Shown piece by piece: positions 1 to 9,417 of a stretch of 42,479 bases of DNA. The stretch is taken from positions 1 through 42,479 of the IMG/VR virus record IMGVR_UViG_3300031453_000005; one strand, 5' to 3'. Source of the DNA: a virus (Duplodnaviria > Caudoviricetes). The position numbers and the translations under genes were made by a program. The notes under the pieces were generated by a model. That model saw only the letters and a program-made list of their open reading frames with translations. It was not told where the DNA came from and did no database searches. Within the stretch, counting starts at the first letter, position 1. Each line of letters opens with the position of its first letter.

Positions 1-415
1 CCCAAGGGTCAGAAATTCTCCGCTTCGAGAATCCCCAAAACAGATCAGTCGCCTCGTTCGCTCCGCACCTGTTGCAAATCAGACTCAACGGTGACGACAA
101 CAGAGCGTTGAACAGCCCTGGGACGGCAGGGCACATTGAGGATCGGCGCGGGCCAGTCCTTGAGCGAACGGGGCCGTCAGCGAGAAGAAAAACGAGCGCA
201 TAAAGTCTCTACTTTGCTTGGAGCACCTTGCGGCCGGCGATTGCGATCGAACTCGGGTAACGGTTCCTGCTGAAGTGGAGCGAGATCATCTGTGGCGGTG
301 TCGGCTACAACGCGGGTGAAGTAACGAGAATGTGAATTCAGCAGCGCAGTCTATTGCGCTCGCTCGCAACTCCGACTGCGGGAATGGTTCCTGAGCAATC
401 TTCTACGAGGTCGAC

Positions 416-667
416 ATGTCCAGCTCTCATGACATTAACTTTGACAGCCCAAGCGCGGCTAAGGTCGATGCGGCTGTGCGAGTTCACTCGGTATTGCCGC
501 GACTCTCGCTGACGATCGTTGAGGCCGCAGGCGCGGTAGGCATTTCTCGGAGGCAAATCTACATTGAGTTGCAGTCCAGGAGGCTTGCAAGCATCAAGGT
601 CGGAAAACGTCGTTTAATCCCGACTGAAGAACTGAAGCGCTGGCTGGGAGAAAGGCCTGCCGGATGA
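416..667 (+). CDS. Excisionase-family helix-turn-helix DNA-binding protein
   Basis: LTIVEAAGAVGISRRQIY...LASIKVGKRRLIP..EL..WL pattern typical of HTH_17/Xis. Confidence 0.85.
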   Translation: MSSSHDINFDSPSAAKVDAAVRVHSVLPRLSLTIVEAAGAVGISRRQIYIELQSRRLASIKVGKRRLIPTEELKRWLGERPAG

Positions 668-701
668 CGCTGTGACGCTCCTGCCCGGAGTTGACCCTGC
701 T

Positions 702-1270
702 TCAGCGCAGTAAGGTCAGCAGCTCGACGTTCGACTGCTTGACGATCCCGAGTGGACCAAAAGCAGCTCTGACGGTGTCTGCCACACAATTCGGAGTCAA
801 ATGAGCGTAGTGTCGCTCGGTCATGCGCGTGCCGGCGTCCCCGAGCTGCGCAGCAATGACCGGCAGCGGCGTTCCGGCCAGAGCGAGGCGGCTGGCATAC
901 GTGTGCCGCAATATGCTGGCTCGATGCGGGCCGAAGCGTAGGCCTCGCGCAGCGGCCGGAACTGATGCGATTGCCCCCAGACTTCACCATCCTGGCGCAT
1001 GAAAATCAGAGTTGATCCATCATGTCCGGCTACGGCCTGCTGAAAGACCCTCCGTCCTTCATCGGTCAGGTAGACATGGCGGGCTTTCCCACTTCTGCTG
1101 GTTTGCACGGTGATGATGCCGACATCGGCATTGAACCGAGGCACCGGAGCCGACGAATTTAACCGTAGCGCAGCCCCGTCAGCATTCCAGCAATTACGAT
1201 GTCGCAAAGATTCGGTTTGCACGCATTCACCAGGCGGACGGACTCGTCATCGATAGATGCCGGATGAGGC
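702..1270 (-). pseudogene. Frameshifted remnant of the C-terminal half of a tyrosine integrase
   Basis: Three frames give VRLVNAC..TGLRYG*, SRSGKARHVYLTDEGR..SHQFRPLREA and RHTYASRLALAG..TERHYAHL, colinear with the integrase at 1425-2738. Confidence 0.9.
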
Positions 1271-1424
1271 GGGCGAACCCCGCTTTTCGCCACGGGCGAA
1301 AGACGGACAGCAGCCCGTCGGCAAGCGGCCGCTCTAGCTGCAGCGCATCCGTGATTGGGGCCGTCATCCAGGCTCCGCACGACACCCCCAAGCGTAGTTC
1401 TTGTTGACGGCAAGTTCCCGGTCC

Positions 1425-2738
1425 TCAGGAACCCTTGGTGCCGACCGGTGAGGCCGTCCCATTCGAGACCTCCACGATGCCGAGCGCCCCGAAGGTCGCC
1501 CGGACCGTGTCGGCCACATAGCTTGGGGTCAAGTGGGCATAGTGCCGCTCGGTAATTCGCGTGCCCTCATGGCCAAGCTGCGCTGCGATTACCGACATGG
1601 GAGTGCCAGCCAGAGCAAGGCGGCTTGCGTAGGTGTGTCGAAGGATGTGAAACGATATGGCGGGCTCGATGCGGGCGGCGGCGCACGCCTCGCGGAGCGG
1701 TCGGAACTGATGCGACTTACCCCAGGCGTCGCCGTCCTCGCGCACGAAGAGTAGGTCGGTCCTGGGGCGGCCGACTGCGGCGTGTTCGAAGAAGGCACGG
1801 CCTTCATCTGTCAGGTAGATGTGTCGCGGCTTGCCGCTCTTGCTTACTGCGACGGTGACGTTGCCCACCTCGTTGTTGACGTCCAGCGCGCGGAGGCGGG
1901 TGATCTCGCCGTAGCGCATCCCGGTCAGCAAGCCGGCAACAACGATCTTCCGCAGCGCCGGATCACAGGCGTTGACCAACCTCACGACCTCCGCGTCCGA
2001 GAGATGCCGTATGCGCGGCGAATCCACCTCGCGGTAGGGTTTGACAAGCTCCCAGGCCGCCTTCGAGTGAACGCGGCCCTCCTGGTGAGCTAGATTCAAC
2101 GCCGCCTTCAGCAGCGACAGAATGCGGTTGACGGTCGCTCGGCGTCGCCGGATCCCATCCGCGTCGGATGGGTCGAGCACCCGCCGCCTTGAACCGGCTG
2201 GCGCGGAGCGGCGCGTTCGCAGACGAGGCGCCGCCTCCGCAAGATCGTCACGCCAGGCAATAATTCGACCGCGCGTGAGGCGATCGAGCCGAACAGTCCC
2301 CAGCTGGCTTTCAAGGTGAGCCTTGATCGTGTTTTCGGTGTCTTTGACGCGCTTGCCCCCACGACGCCGGTAGGCACGGACGTAGTCCGCTAGGGCATCG
2401 CTCACAGTGAAGGGCGCTCGGGTGGCGTGTGACGGATCAATCCCGGCAGCAGCATGGTGCTGATTGCTGGCTTCCGCTCGGGCCTTGGCTTCGGCTTGGC
2501 GGAAGTCGAGGTAAGTTACTCCATCCGCCTTGATGACATCGTCGGCTCGGCCCAGCGATCGGTCGCGATAGCGTCCCTCGACCATGGTACGGACAACCCA
2601 GGTTCCACCGCTCGCTCCGCGTCTATACCCGAGGGACACGCCCGCACCGATGCTGCGGAAGTAAGGGTCGCGACGCACCTCGAGCCGTTCGCGGGCGGTA
2701 CGGGTCGTTATCGGCTGGTCTGCTGTCTGTCTCGGCAT
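1425..2738 (-). CDS. int: Tyrosine recombinase/integrase (element 1)
   Basis: Catalytic motifs TGMRYGE, SKSGK, HILRH, LGH, HYAH; N-terminal arm-binding domain (LGYRRG..GTWVVR); start taken at MPRQT. Confidence 0.95.
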   Translation of the reverse strand: MPRQTADQPITTRTARERLEVRRDPYFRSIGAGVSLGYRRGASGGTWVVRTMVEGRYRDRSLGRADDVIKADGVTYLDFRQAEAKARAEASNQHHAAAGIDPSHATRAPFTVSDALADYVRAYRRRGGKRVKDTENTIKAHLESQLGTVRLDRLTRGRIIAWRDDLAEAAPRLRTRRSAPAGSRRRVLDPSDADGIRRRRATVNRILSLLKAALNLAHQEGRVHSKAAWELVKPYREVDSPRIRHLSDAEVVRLVNACDPALRKIVVAGLLTGMRYGEITRLRALDVNNEVGNVTVAVSKSGKPRHIYLTDEGRAFFEHAAVGRPRTDLLFVREDGDAWGKSHQFRPLREACAAARIEPAISFHILRHTYASRLALAGTPMSVIAAQLGHEGTRITERHYAHLTPSYVADTVRATFGALGIVEVSNGTASPVGTKGS

Positions 2739-2752
2739 CGTTCTCTGGAATA

Positions 2753-2776
2753 GTGGGTAGAATGGTGGGTAGAATG
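2753..2776 (+). repeat. Tandem 12-bp direct repeat GTGGGTAGAATG x2, probable integrase arm-type sites
   Basis: Exact tandem repeat between the int start and the att core. Confidence 0.55.
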
Positions 2777-2869
2777 CGGTGTCGTGCGACGAGGTGCAAG
2801 AGAATGCGTTAGGAACCAAAACAACGCACTGCGAACGCCTCTGCATACTCGTGCATTGTTCGGGAACCA

Positions 2870-2913
2870 CTCTCACGGCGGTAACAGGGGTTCGAATCCC
2901 CTACGGGACGCCA
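2870..2913 (+). other. att core: 3' half of tRNA-Glu(CTC), from the anticodon loop to CCA
   Basis: CTCTCAC-GGCGG-TAAC-AGGGGTTCGAATCCCCT-ACGGGACG-CCA; T-arm and CCA present, 5' half absent. Confidence 0.9.
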
Positions 2914-2935
2914 TCAGGTCAATTACTGACTTAAG

Positions 2936-2948
2936 TATCAATGGGTTA
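2936..2948 (+). promoter_or_regulatory. IHF-binding site in the prophage att arm
   Basis: TATCAATGGGTTA matches WATCAANNNNTTR, 23 bp from the att core. Confidence 0.6.
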
Positions 2949-2981
2949 TCAGAAGTTTTACAGTCTAAGGTCTGGCGTTTG

Positions 2982-4013
2982 TCAAACCTTGTTCATGATT
3001 CTGCCCCGGCCAATCGACTTTATCGCAGATCGGGCAAGCCTCTCCTGGTCGGCTGCAAGTGTGTAGCGCTGAACCTCTGCGAGCGTCTTGTGCCCCGTCA
3101 CGGCCGCGATCTGGTGCGCTGTGCAACCGGCCTCGGCCATGCGTCGTGCAGCAGCCTTGCGGAGGCCGTGCGGGCTAAGCCCGTCTGGTAGGCCGGACGC
3201 CGTTACCCACTTCGCGAACCGCATGTAGAAGCCGTTGGGTGTAAATGGCGCGCCGCGTTCGGTCATCAGGAACGTCAGCCGATCGGTCTCGAGGGCTATC
3301 AGGTCCGCCAGCTCGGCATGCAGCGGGATCAGCAGCCGCGCCCCTGTTTTCTGCTGGCGGACCTCGATCGCGTCCCCTCGAATATGCTGCCGACCCATCC
3401 GAACCACGTCGCTGCGGCGCTGCCCGGTGTAGAGCATGAGAGCCAGCGCCAGTCGCGGTCGCGTTCCGGCAGCCCAGCGCGCCTCGAAAGCCGCGATGTC
3501 CTCCTCACTCCATGTCTCCGCACCCTCGCCGTGTTCTTTGAGCCGGTCCACATCACGCGTTGGGTCAGTTTGGATTAGGCCTTGTCGGATCGCATGCTTC
3601 ATCAGCGCACGCAGGGTCCGCAGGAAGTGGTTTGCCGCAGCCGGTGTCGCTGACCGGGCCTCCATCATCTCGCGCACCTTTTGTGCTTGGAGATGCGCGA
3701 CCCGCTTGATGCCGTGCGCATGCACCATGTCATCAATAATCCGACGATACACTCGCTGCGTACTTGCTGCGAGTTGACGGTATGCGGAGCTGGCAAGATA
3801 GCTGCGGGACACGGCTTCGATTGAGCCCTCGACCACGCGATCAGTCTTTGCGATTGGCTCGGACGCTGCCAGGGCAGCGGCATAAGCTTCGTGGAACGAA
3901 GGATCATCCTGCGCCGGCAGCGTAATCCGCTTGCAACCCGGCCGGCGGAAATACAGGCGCGGTCGCCCGTAGCGGTCTTTGAAGGCCTGCACATATTTCA
4001 GACGCACGATCAC
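2982..4013 (-). CDS. int: Prophage tyrosine integrase
   Basis: YTGQRRSD, QQKTG, HGLRK, GH, QRY motifs; N-terminal KDRYGRPRLYFRR; GTG start just after the xis stop. Confidence 0.95.
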   Translation of the reverse strand: MIVRLKYVQAFKDRYGRPRLYFRRPGCKRITLPAQDDPSFHEAYAAALAASEPIAKTDRVVEGSIEAVSRSYLASSAYRQLAASTQRVYRRIIDDMVHAHGIKRVAHLQAQKVREMMEARSATPAAANHFLRTLRALMKHAIRQGLIQTDPTRDVDRLKEHGEGAETWSEEDIAAFEARWAAGTRPRLALALMLYTGQRRSDVVRMGRQHIRGDAIEVRQQKTGARLLIPLHAELADLIALETDRLTFLMTERGAPFTPNGFYMRFAKWVTASGLPDGLSPHGLRKAAARRMAEAGCTAHQIAAVTGHKTLAEVQRYTLAADQERLARSAIKSIGRGRIMNKV

Positions 4014-4014
4014 G

Positions 4015-4251
4015 TCAGCCCCAATCGTTCTCCAGCGTTGATGCTGCCCCTCTGGCCCCCTGTCGCGCAATCCATGCGTCGAGATCAGCCCGGCGCCAGC
4101 CGATGCGCTTCACCGTGAGCCGGATCGGGGGCACGGCCGGCGCGACTTGCTCTCGGAATGTCGTCGGCGAGAGGGACAGGTAGGCAGCCGCCCACTCTTC
4201 GTGCAGCACGGCTGGCCAGCCGGGGAGGACGGGGCGGCCGTCGTTAGGCAT
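4015..4251 (-). CDS. AlpA/excisionase-like DNA-binding protein
   Basis: AAAYLSLSPTTF...PIRL..KRIGWRRADLDAWI; directly upstream of int. Confidence 0.85.
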   Translation of the reverse strand: MPNDGRPVLPGWPAVLHEEWAAAYLSLSPTTFREQVAPAVPPIRLTVKRIGWRRADLDAWIARQGARGAASTLENDWG

Positions 4252-4278
4252 CGCTGGTTCGGGTTTTTGCCTGCGCCG

Positions 4279-4872
4279 TCATCGCAGCACCAGCGCATCG
4301 TATCGCTCGATGAACTCCACGGCGGCGTTCTCGGCGGCCCGTGGGACGATGGTTTCTTCGAGCGGCTTGATGCCAGCCAAGCAACCCCACTGCTCCCCAG
4401 ACGTCGGCATCAGGTCGCGCTGCTCTGTTGCCAGCATCACCAGGTCGAAATGCTTGATCAGCTCGCGATCCCGCATCGTGACGGAGAACCGTCGCTCCAA
4501 CGCGGCTTGGCAGCGCTTCTCGACGGCTTTATAGTCCGGGCAGATGCTTTTCAGCGGTGACGTCATGTCGCCACAGACCGCCTCGCCGAGCTCGTGCATC
4601 AGCGCGTCATAGGCGTGCTCGACCGGGACGATCTCGCTCATCCGGACGCAGTGCTCCGCGACCGAGTAGAAGACGCGCTGCCCTGTGCTCCGCTCCCGGC
4701 AGTGACCGGCGAAGCGACAGGTGAACGCCAGGCCGTAGGCGATGTCCTCGATGGTGATGTTCGAGCTGGCCGGGTCCTCGAAATCGAAATAGCTCCCGCT
4801 GCCGAGCAGGATCGTCGGCCCTATCACGCGGCGAACGCCGGGGCGTTCGGCTGGGTTGAAGGTCTCAGCCAT
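4279..4872 (-). CDS. HD-domain phosphohydrolase (YfdR/5'-deoxynucleotidase-like)
   Basis: IEDIAYGLA..CRFAGH, YSVAEH, ALMHELGEA..GD, DLVMLATE motifs. Confidence 0.85.
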   Translation of the reverse strand: MAETFNPAERPGVRRVIGPTILLGSGSYFDFEDPASSNITIEDIAYGLAFTCRFAGHCRERSTGQRVFYSVAEHCVRMSEIVPVEHAYDALMHELGEAVCGDMTSPLKSICPDYKAVEKRCQAALERRFSVTMRDRELIKHFDLVMLATEQRDLMPTSGEQWGCLAGIKPLEETIVPRAAENAAVEFIERYDALVLR

Positions 4873-5059
4873 GTCGCACCTTGCTGCTCCGCCTGGCGTT
4901 CCAAATCGCCAGAGCAAGCCCTGCCGCGCAGAACCCTGCCCACAACACGACGCGCCACCAGCCGTTGGGCTCAAAGACCAGGACCGGCGCACCGAGCACA
5001 AACGCCACCACTGCGAGCGCGATCGACATGCGGACGGACGGCAGCGGATTGTTAACCAT
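4865..5059 (-). CDS. Small two-helix membrane protein
   Basis: Two hydrophobic segments; overlaps neighbours in the operon. Confidence 0.55.
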   Translation of the reverse strand: MVNNPLPSVRMSIALAVVAFVLGAPVLVFEPNGWWRVVLWAGFCAAGLALAIWNARRSSKVRHG

Positions 5060-5282
5060 GATTGCGCGTAAACATTGCGATCTGACGAAAATCAGAACGA
5101 GCGGCATGAAGCTCGGCCCAATCCCGATCGGCAGCAGGGCCAAGCGATTTGGCAGCTTGGATATCAGCCTTCATCGCATCTGCTTTAGCTTTTAGCTCTT
5201 TGGCTGTGCCTTCAAGCTCCTTAGCTTCCGCGTAAAGGGCATCGGCCCTTCGCCTGAGCCAGTCAGATTTGTTTCCCATCAC
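5052..5282 (-). CDS. Hypothetical coiled-coil protein
   Basis: Operon-coupled ORF with Ala/Lys/Glu heptads. Confidence 0.6.
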   Translation of the reverse strand: MMGNKSDWLRRRADALYAEAKELEGTAKELKAKADAMKADIQAAKSLGPAADRDWAELHAARSDFRQIAMFTRNHG

Positions 5283-5797
5283 TTACCTCCCGCCACGGCA
5301 GCAAGCCGGGCAGCCGCCAGCAGCGCCAGCGCACCGAGCAACACAGTCCAGCTTGCTGGCTCTGACGTCGCCACCACCATATTGCCAGGCGTGCTCGCCG
5401 CGATTTCGCTCAGAGCCGGCGCAGCCTGATGGCTTGAGCCGATCGGCACCAACACACCGGGGAACCCAGCGAGCGCGCTGCCGGGCACGCCTGGTGCAAA
5501 GCCCCCGCCGCCACTGGGATAGCCGCCGGCACCGGCATAGGGAGCGCCATATCCGCCCATGCCGCCATACGGTGCATCATACCCGCCGCCGTAGGGCAGC
5601 GGAGGAAGCAGCGGCAACAATCCGCCGACGATCAGCCCCGCCTTGAGGCACACGGGCGGCAGGTTTTCGACCAGCACTCGTGGCGCATGCCAGTGCGGGT
5701 GACCGATTGCCCAGCGGTGCCAGCGGTGGATTGTGTTGACTGATACCCAGCGCCAGCAGCGTGTGAGTGGGTCCAGGATGTAGCGGCCGGTCATCAC
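5279..5797 (-). CDS. Gly/Tyr/Pro-rich protein with a PEP-CTERM-like C-terminus
   Basis: YGG repeats; ends TSEPASWTVLLGALALLAAARL. Confidence 0.6.
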   Translation of the reverse strand: MMTGRYILDPLTRCWRWVSVNTIHRWHRWAIGHPHWHAPRVLVENLPPVCLKAGLIVGGLLPLLPPLPYGGGYDAPYGGMGGYGAPYAGAGGYPSGGGGFAPGVPGSALAGFPGVLVPIGSSHQAAPALSEIAASTPGNMVVATSEPASWTVLLGALALLAAARLAAVAGGK

Positions 5798-8700
5798 TCG
5801 GCCGCTTCCATTCCCGGAGCGTCGAGTATGTCGAACAGCGTCGGCGTCGCGCGCTTCTCGTCCTCGGCCCGGCAGTAGGCGACGGCGTCGCGCCAGTAGG
5901 ACCGGCTTAGCTCGGTGCCGAGACCCTGGCGACCTAGCTTCACTGCCCGCAGCGGCACGGTGCCGATGCCGGCAAACGGGTCATAGACGACGTCCCCGGG
6001 ATTGGAGAACTGGACGATTAGCCGATCGACGATGTCGAATTGCAGCGGGCACAGATGCACCTCGCGCCCCTTCTGCACCTGCTCTCCGTTTAGCGTCCGC
6101 ATGCGCGCCACGTCGGTCCAAACGTCAGGGTGCGGCGAGTGCGGCGGGAACAGCATGAACGTCGCCGGTAGGCGCTGGAGCGCGTCCAGGTCCTCGGAAA
6201 TCCCAAGGTGCTCGCGGTAGTCGTAGACCCGATCGGTCGACCGCGCGCGCCACCACTTGAACATCTGCTCGTGCGGCAGGGAGCGCAGATCGTCGCCGGA
6301 CAGCAACCGATCCCCCGACGATCGCGCATAGCCATGGGCATCGATCTGCCAGGCCGCGCGCGAGTAGCCCGTGCCAGGCGCCGGTCGCTTCCAATTGGTG
6401 CGCTTGTCGAACGGTGCTGTGGTGTCGTCGTCCAGGAAGCAGAGCGGCTTCTCCTTCACGACGCGATCATCCGCATAGCCAGAGCTCGCATCGGTCGGCG
6501 GGCGGCGGAGCAGCAGCAGGTATTCCGGCACGCCGCACCCCATGCGCGACCCGTCCTTGCACTGCTCCGACCAGCCGAGCCGGTAAGTCTGGTTGTTCTC
6601 GCGCACAACGTCGGTCGTGATCGTCTTCATCCCCAGCAGCGCGAAGCCGTGCCGGCGATAATGCTCAATCGCCTCGCAGTGGAACGGATGCAGGGTTTGG
6701 AACCCCAGGCCACTCAGGCCGCCGGGCATGATCCGGTCCTTGACATGCACAGCCATGACCCGGCCGGGATGCAGCACCCGGAGCAGGTTCGGCGTCAGGT
6801 AGTCCATCTGCCGCCAGAAATGGTCGTTGTCGTCTGTGTGGCCGAAATCGCAGTTGCCGCTGATCGAGATCACGCCGTTGCGACGCACAACAAGCGTTCC
6901 GTTCGGGACCTTGGCGCACCCGATCATGCCAGAATATGCAAGGAGATCGGGCGCCCGCCTGATTTCGGGAAACACCTGACTGCGGCCGATCCGGACGACG
7001 TTGCCTCGAATGGCCGTGCCCCAGCCCGTCAGAAAAGCAATGTGTTGGAAGTCGTCTCGCAGCTTCGGACTGACTGAAGCGTAGTCGAACCCTCGGGCGC
7101 CACCGTCGCCCTTCATCATCGTGTCGCGCAGGATGAGGAGGAGCGTCCCGTCCAGTTCTTTGACCCAGGCCGGAATGGACTTGTGGTAGGAGCCTGATCC
7201 GAACTCTGAAACCAGCAAGCGCGCCAATGCCCGATTGTGAGCGATGATCGCTTTAGCGTTGATCTGGACAGTCAGCCCGATCCTGTTGAACAGGGCGCAG
7301 ATTTCATCACGATACTTGGGGTGGACCAGCGACTGCGAAATCGTGATCCGCCCGGCATGCGGACCTCCCAACGCATCGCAATAGCCCTCTGACAGATACC
7401 AACCCGCCAGTTCCATGAAGTCTTCGACGGCGATGCTTCCAAGTTCCTTTCCAACAGGCCCGCGAGCACCACGAGCGGCCGGCAGAACTTCGATGCGCTT
7501 GGGGTTCTTGCCGATCGGCAAATACCGGATGGCGTTGACCATTCGGTATTTGCGGGAGACGAAATTGTCGGCGATCTCCGACGCCCGCACTTTGCCATAG
7601 CGCCTGTCCTTCCGCCCGGTCTCCTGGTTTCCCACACGGCGATCCACGAACATGCCGTGATCCGGGGTGACAAGAAGGTCGAAGTTGTTGCTGTTAACGA
7701 AGTGGAGCATGTCTCCTGAGTAGTGCTCCCACACCGTCGCGATCGGGTGCTGCCACTCTAGGGACAAGAGGCTCTGATCCACGGTCGCAAGCTTGTCTAT
7801 TAACCCGACCTCGCCGAAGCTGATCCAACCACGATCCGACAAGACCTCCGTGCTCTCATCGTAGCAGTAGTTCGGCGTGTACTCGTATTGGGTGGCGAAC
7901 GGAATCGAGGTGACGATCAGCCCGACGCTGGCCTCATCCATCGCAGCCGTCTCGATCACAGTGTCGTTGTTGATCAAGCGCCAGGCGTCTCCCGCGGCCT
8001 CCTCGCGCGGTACGTGCATCTCGCGCTGGAGCGACTGCGCCATCGCGAGCCGGTTCAGCCCGTATTCGCGGACGATCCCGCGCATGATCTCGACCTGTTC
8101 GTCATGCCGGGCCCACTTCGTCTCGATCGCCCGACGAACCTCCCGCTCGGCCTCGCTGTAGATGAAGTCGACCCGCACCGGCTGCGTCTGCCCGAAGCGG
8201 TGTACACGGTGGCACGCCTGGATCATGTCGTAAAATTTAAAGCCGATCCCGAGGAAGATCGACCATGCGCAATGCCGCTGGAAGTTGCATCCGACGCCGG
8301 TGACTGAGGGTTTGCCGGCGAGCTCGGCGAACAGCCCGTCCGAAAAGCCGATGATATTGGCCTCGCGCGTCTCGAGGTCCTGCGACCCATAGACCGACAT
8401 GACGCCAGGGATCGCCGCTTCGATTGCCCGGCGCTCGTCCTCGAGATCGTGCCAGAGGATGCGATGCGCGCCGGGGTTCTCGTCCCGCAACTCGATCATT
8501 TTCGCAATGCGGGTTCCCAGGGTGGCCCGCTTCTCGGCCGCGGCATCCGATACGCCGATCGCTGCATTACGGAACATGCGGCCCTGGCCGTCGCGCTCTG
8601 CGCCGGCTTTCGAGTGATCGCTCGGCACCTCGTGCCAGCGCACGTCGAGCGGCGGCAGATCATATCCCTCGTCGGAATGTCCGAGATCGGATGGCCTGGT

Positions 8701-9417
8701 CAGGAACAGCGCCCAGGATGCAACCCAACACCAGAACTCGCGCTCCTTGTGGGGATGCAGGGTCAGCTTGTCGGCGTTGCTGCTGTTGCGTTTGAAGAAG
8801 CGCGTTTTCGCCTCGCCGACCTCCATCACGCCAAGGAATGCGGCATAGCTGAGCAGCTCGATGTATTCGTTCGGGCTGGGTGTCGCCGTGGCAACGAAGC
8901 GGAACCGCGTGCCCTCGAACTGGCGCATCAGCTCGCGGAACGTCTTGCTACCGCCGAACCCGCGCAGAATTGCGGCCTCGTCCAGACTGACCGCATCGAA
9001 CAGAGAGACATCGATCTTGCCCTCGCGCACGCTCTCATAGTTGGTAAGGTAGATGCCCGGGCCGGCGATCTCGGCCGTGGTGCGGATGAACGGAAGGTCG
9101 AGATCGAGCATGCCATCGTCGCGGGTGAACTCCTGGCGCACACCGAGCGGCAGGACGATCAGCCCATACTTGATCTCGCCGCGTTCGATGAGCTGTCGCA
9201 TCGCCTCAATCTGCATGAGCGTCTTACCCATGCCGAAGCCGGCGAATAGCGCGGCGCGACCCTTGCGCAGCATCCAGGACACCGCGTCGCGCTGGTGCGG
9301 CTTGAGGACGGGATGCAGGTCTTCCGGCATTATGGCTGCGATGCCGGCCTCGCCAAACTGCGCCACCTTGGCCCTGAGGAAGTCCTCGTAGCTGGGCTCG
9401 TGCACGGTGATGCTCAT
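5794..9417 (-). CDS. SNF2-type helicase fused to an N4/N6 DNA methyltransferase, intein-containing
   Basis: GFGMGKT, LDEAA, TATP, QACHRVHRFGQ helicase motifs; MTase VTSIPF and YDPFAGIGT. Confidence 0.92.
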   Translation of the reverse strand: MSITVHEPSYEDFLRAKVAQFGEAGIAAIMPEDLHPVLKPHQRDAVSWMLRKGRAALFAGFGMGKTLMQIEAMRQLIERGEIKYGLIVLPLGVRQEFTRDDGMLDLDLPFIRTTAEIAGPGIYLTNYESVREGKIDVSLFDAVSLDEAAILRGFGGSKTFRELMRQFEGTRFRFVATATPSPNEYIELLSYAAFLGVMEVGEAKTRFFKRNSSNADKLTLHPHKEREFWCWVASWALFLTRPSDLGHSDEGYDLPPLDVRWHEVPSDHSKAGAERDGQGRMFRNAAIGVSDAAAEKRATLGTRIAKMIELRDENPGAHRILWHDLEDERRAIEAAIPGVMSVYGSQDLETREANIIGFSDGLFAELAGKPSVTGVGCNFQRHCAWSIFLGIGFKFYDMIQACHRVHRFGQTQPVRVDFIYSEAEREVRRAIETKWARHDEQVEIMRGIVREYGLNRLAMAQSLQREMHVPREEAAGDAWRLINNDTVIETAAMDEASVGLIVTSIPFATQYEYTPNYCYDESTEVLSDRGWISFGEVGLIDKLATVDQSLLSLEWQHPIATVWEHYSGDMLHFVNSNNFDLLVTPDHGMFVDRRVGNQETGRKDRRYGKVRASEIADNFVSRKYRMVNAIRYLPIGKNPKRIEVLPAARGARGPVGKELGSIAVEDFMELAGWYLSEGYCDALGGPHAGRITISQSLVHPKYRDEICALFNRIGLTVQINAKAIIAHNRALARLLVSEFGSGSYHKSIPAWVKELDGTLLLILRDTMMKGDGGARGFDYASVSPKLRDDFQHIAFLTGWGTAIRGNVVRIGRSQVFPEIRRAPDLLAYSGMIGCAKVPNGTLVVRRNGVISISGNCDFGHTDDNDHFWRQMDYLTPNLLRVLHPGRVMAVHVKDRIMPGGLSGLGFQTLHPFHCEAIEHYRRHGFALLGMKTITTDVVRENNQTYRLGWSEQCKDGSRMGCGVPEYLLLLRRPPTDASSGYADDRVVKEKPLCFLDDDTTAPFDKRTNWKRPAPGTGYSRAAWQIDAHGYARSSGDRLLSGDDLRSLPHEQMFKWWRARSTDRVYDYREHLGISEDLDALQRLPATFMLFPPHSPHPDVWTDVARMRTLNGEQVQKGREVHLCPLQFDIVDRLIVQFSNPGDVVYDPFAGIGTVPLRAVKLGRQGLGTELSRSYWRDAVAYCRAEDEKRATPTLFDILDAPGMEAAE
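6853..7866 (-). mobile_element. Intein (338 aa) with a LAGLIDADG homing endonuclease
   Basis: Starts CYDESTEVL, block B VTPDH, LAGWYLSEG and MMKGDG motifs, ends VRRNG..SGN, +1 residue Cys. Confidence 0.92.

Larger units (their letters stand above)
1..2913. mobile_element. Right end of an integrative element (island/satellite) bounded by a tRNA-Glu att duplication
   Basis: Excisionase-like HTH, integrase remnant and intact integrase starting 130 bp from the tRNA 3' fragment. Confidence 0.7.

Noticed and set aside
1-415. Gene at the window start
   Set aside because: No frame gives a recognisable product; upstream context is lacking
2838-2913. Intact tRNA-Glu gene
   Set aside because: The 5' acceptor strand, D-arm and 5' anticodon stem are missing; only the 3' half is present
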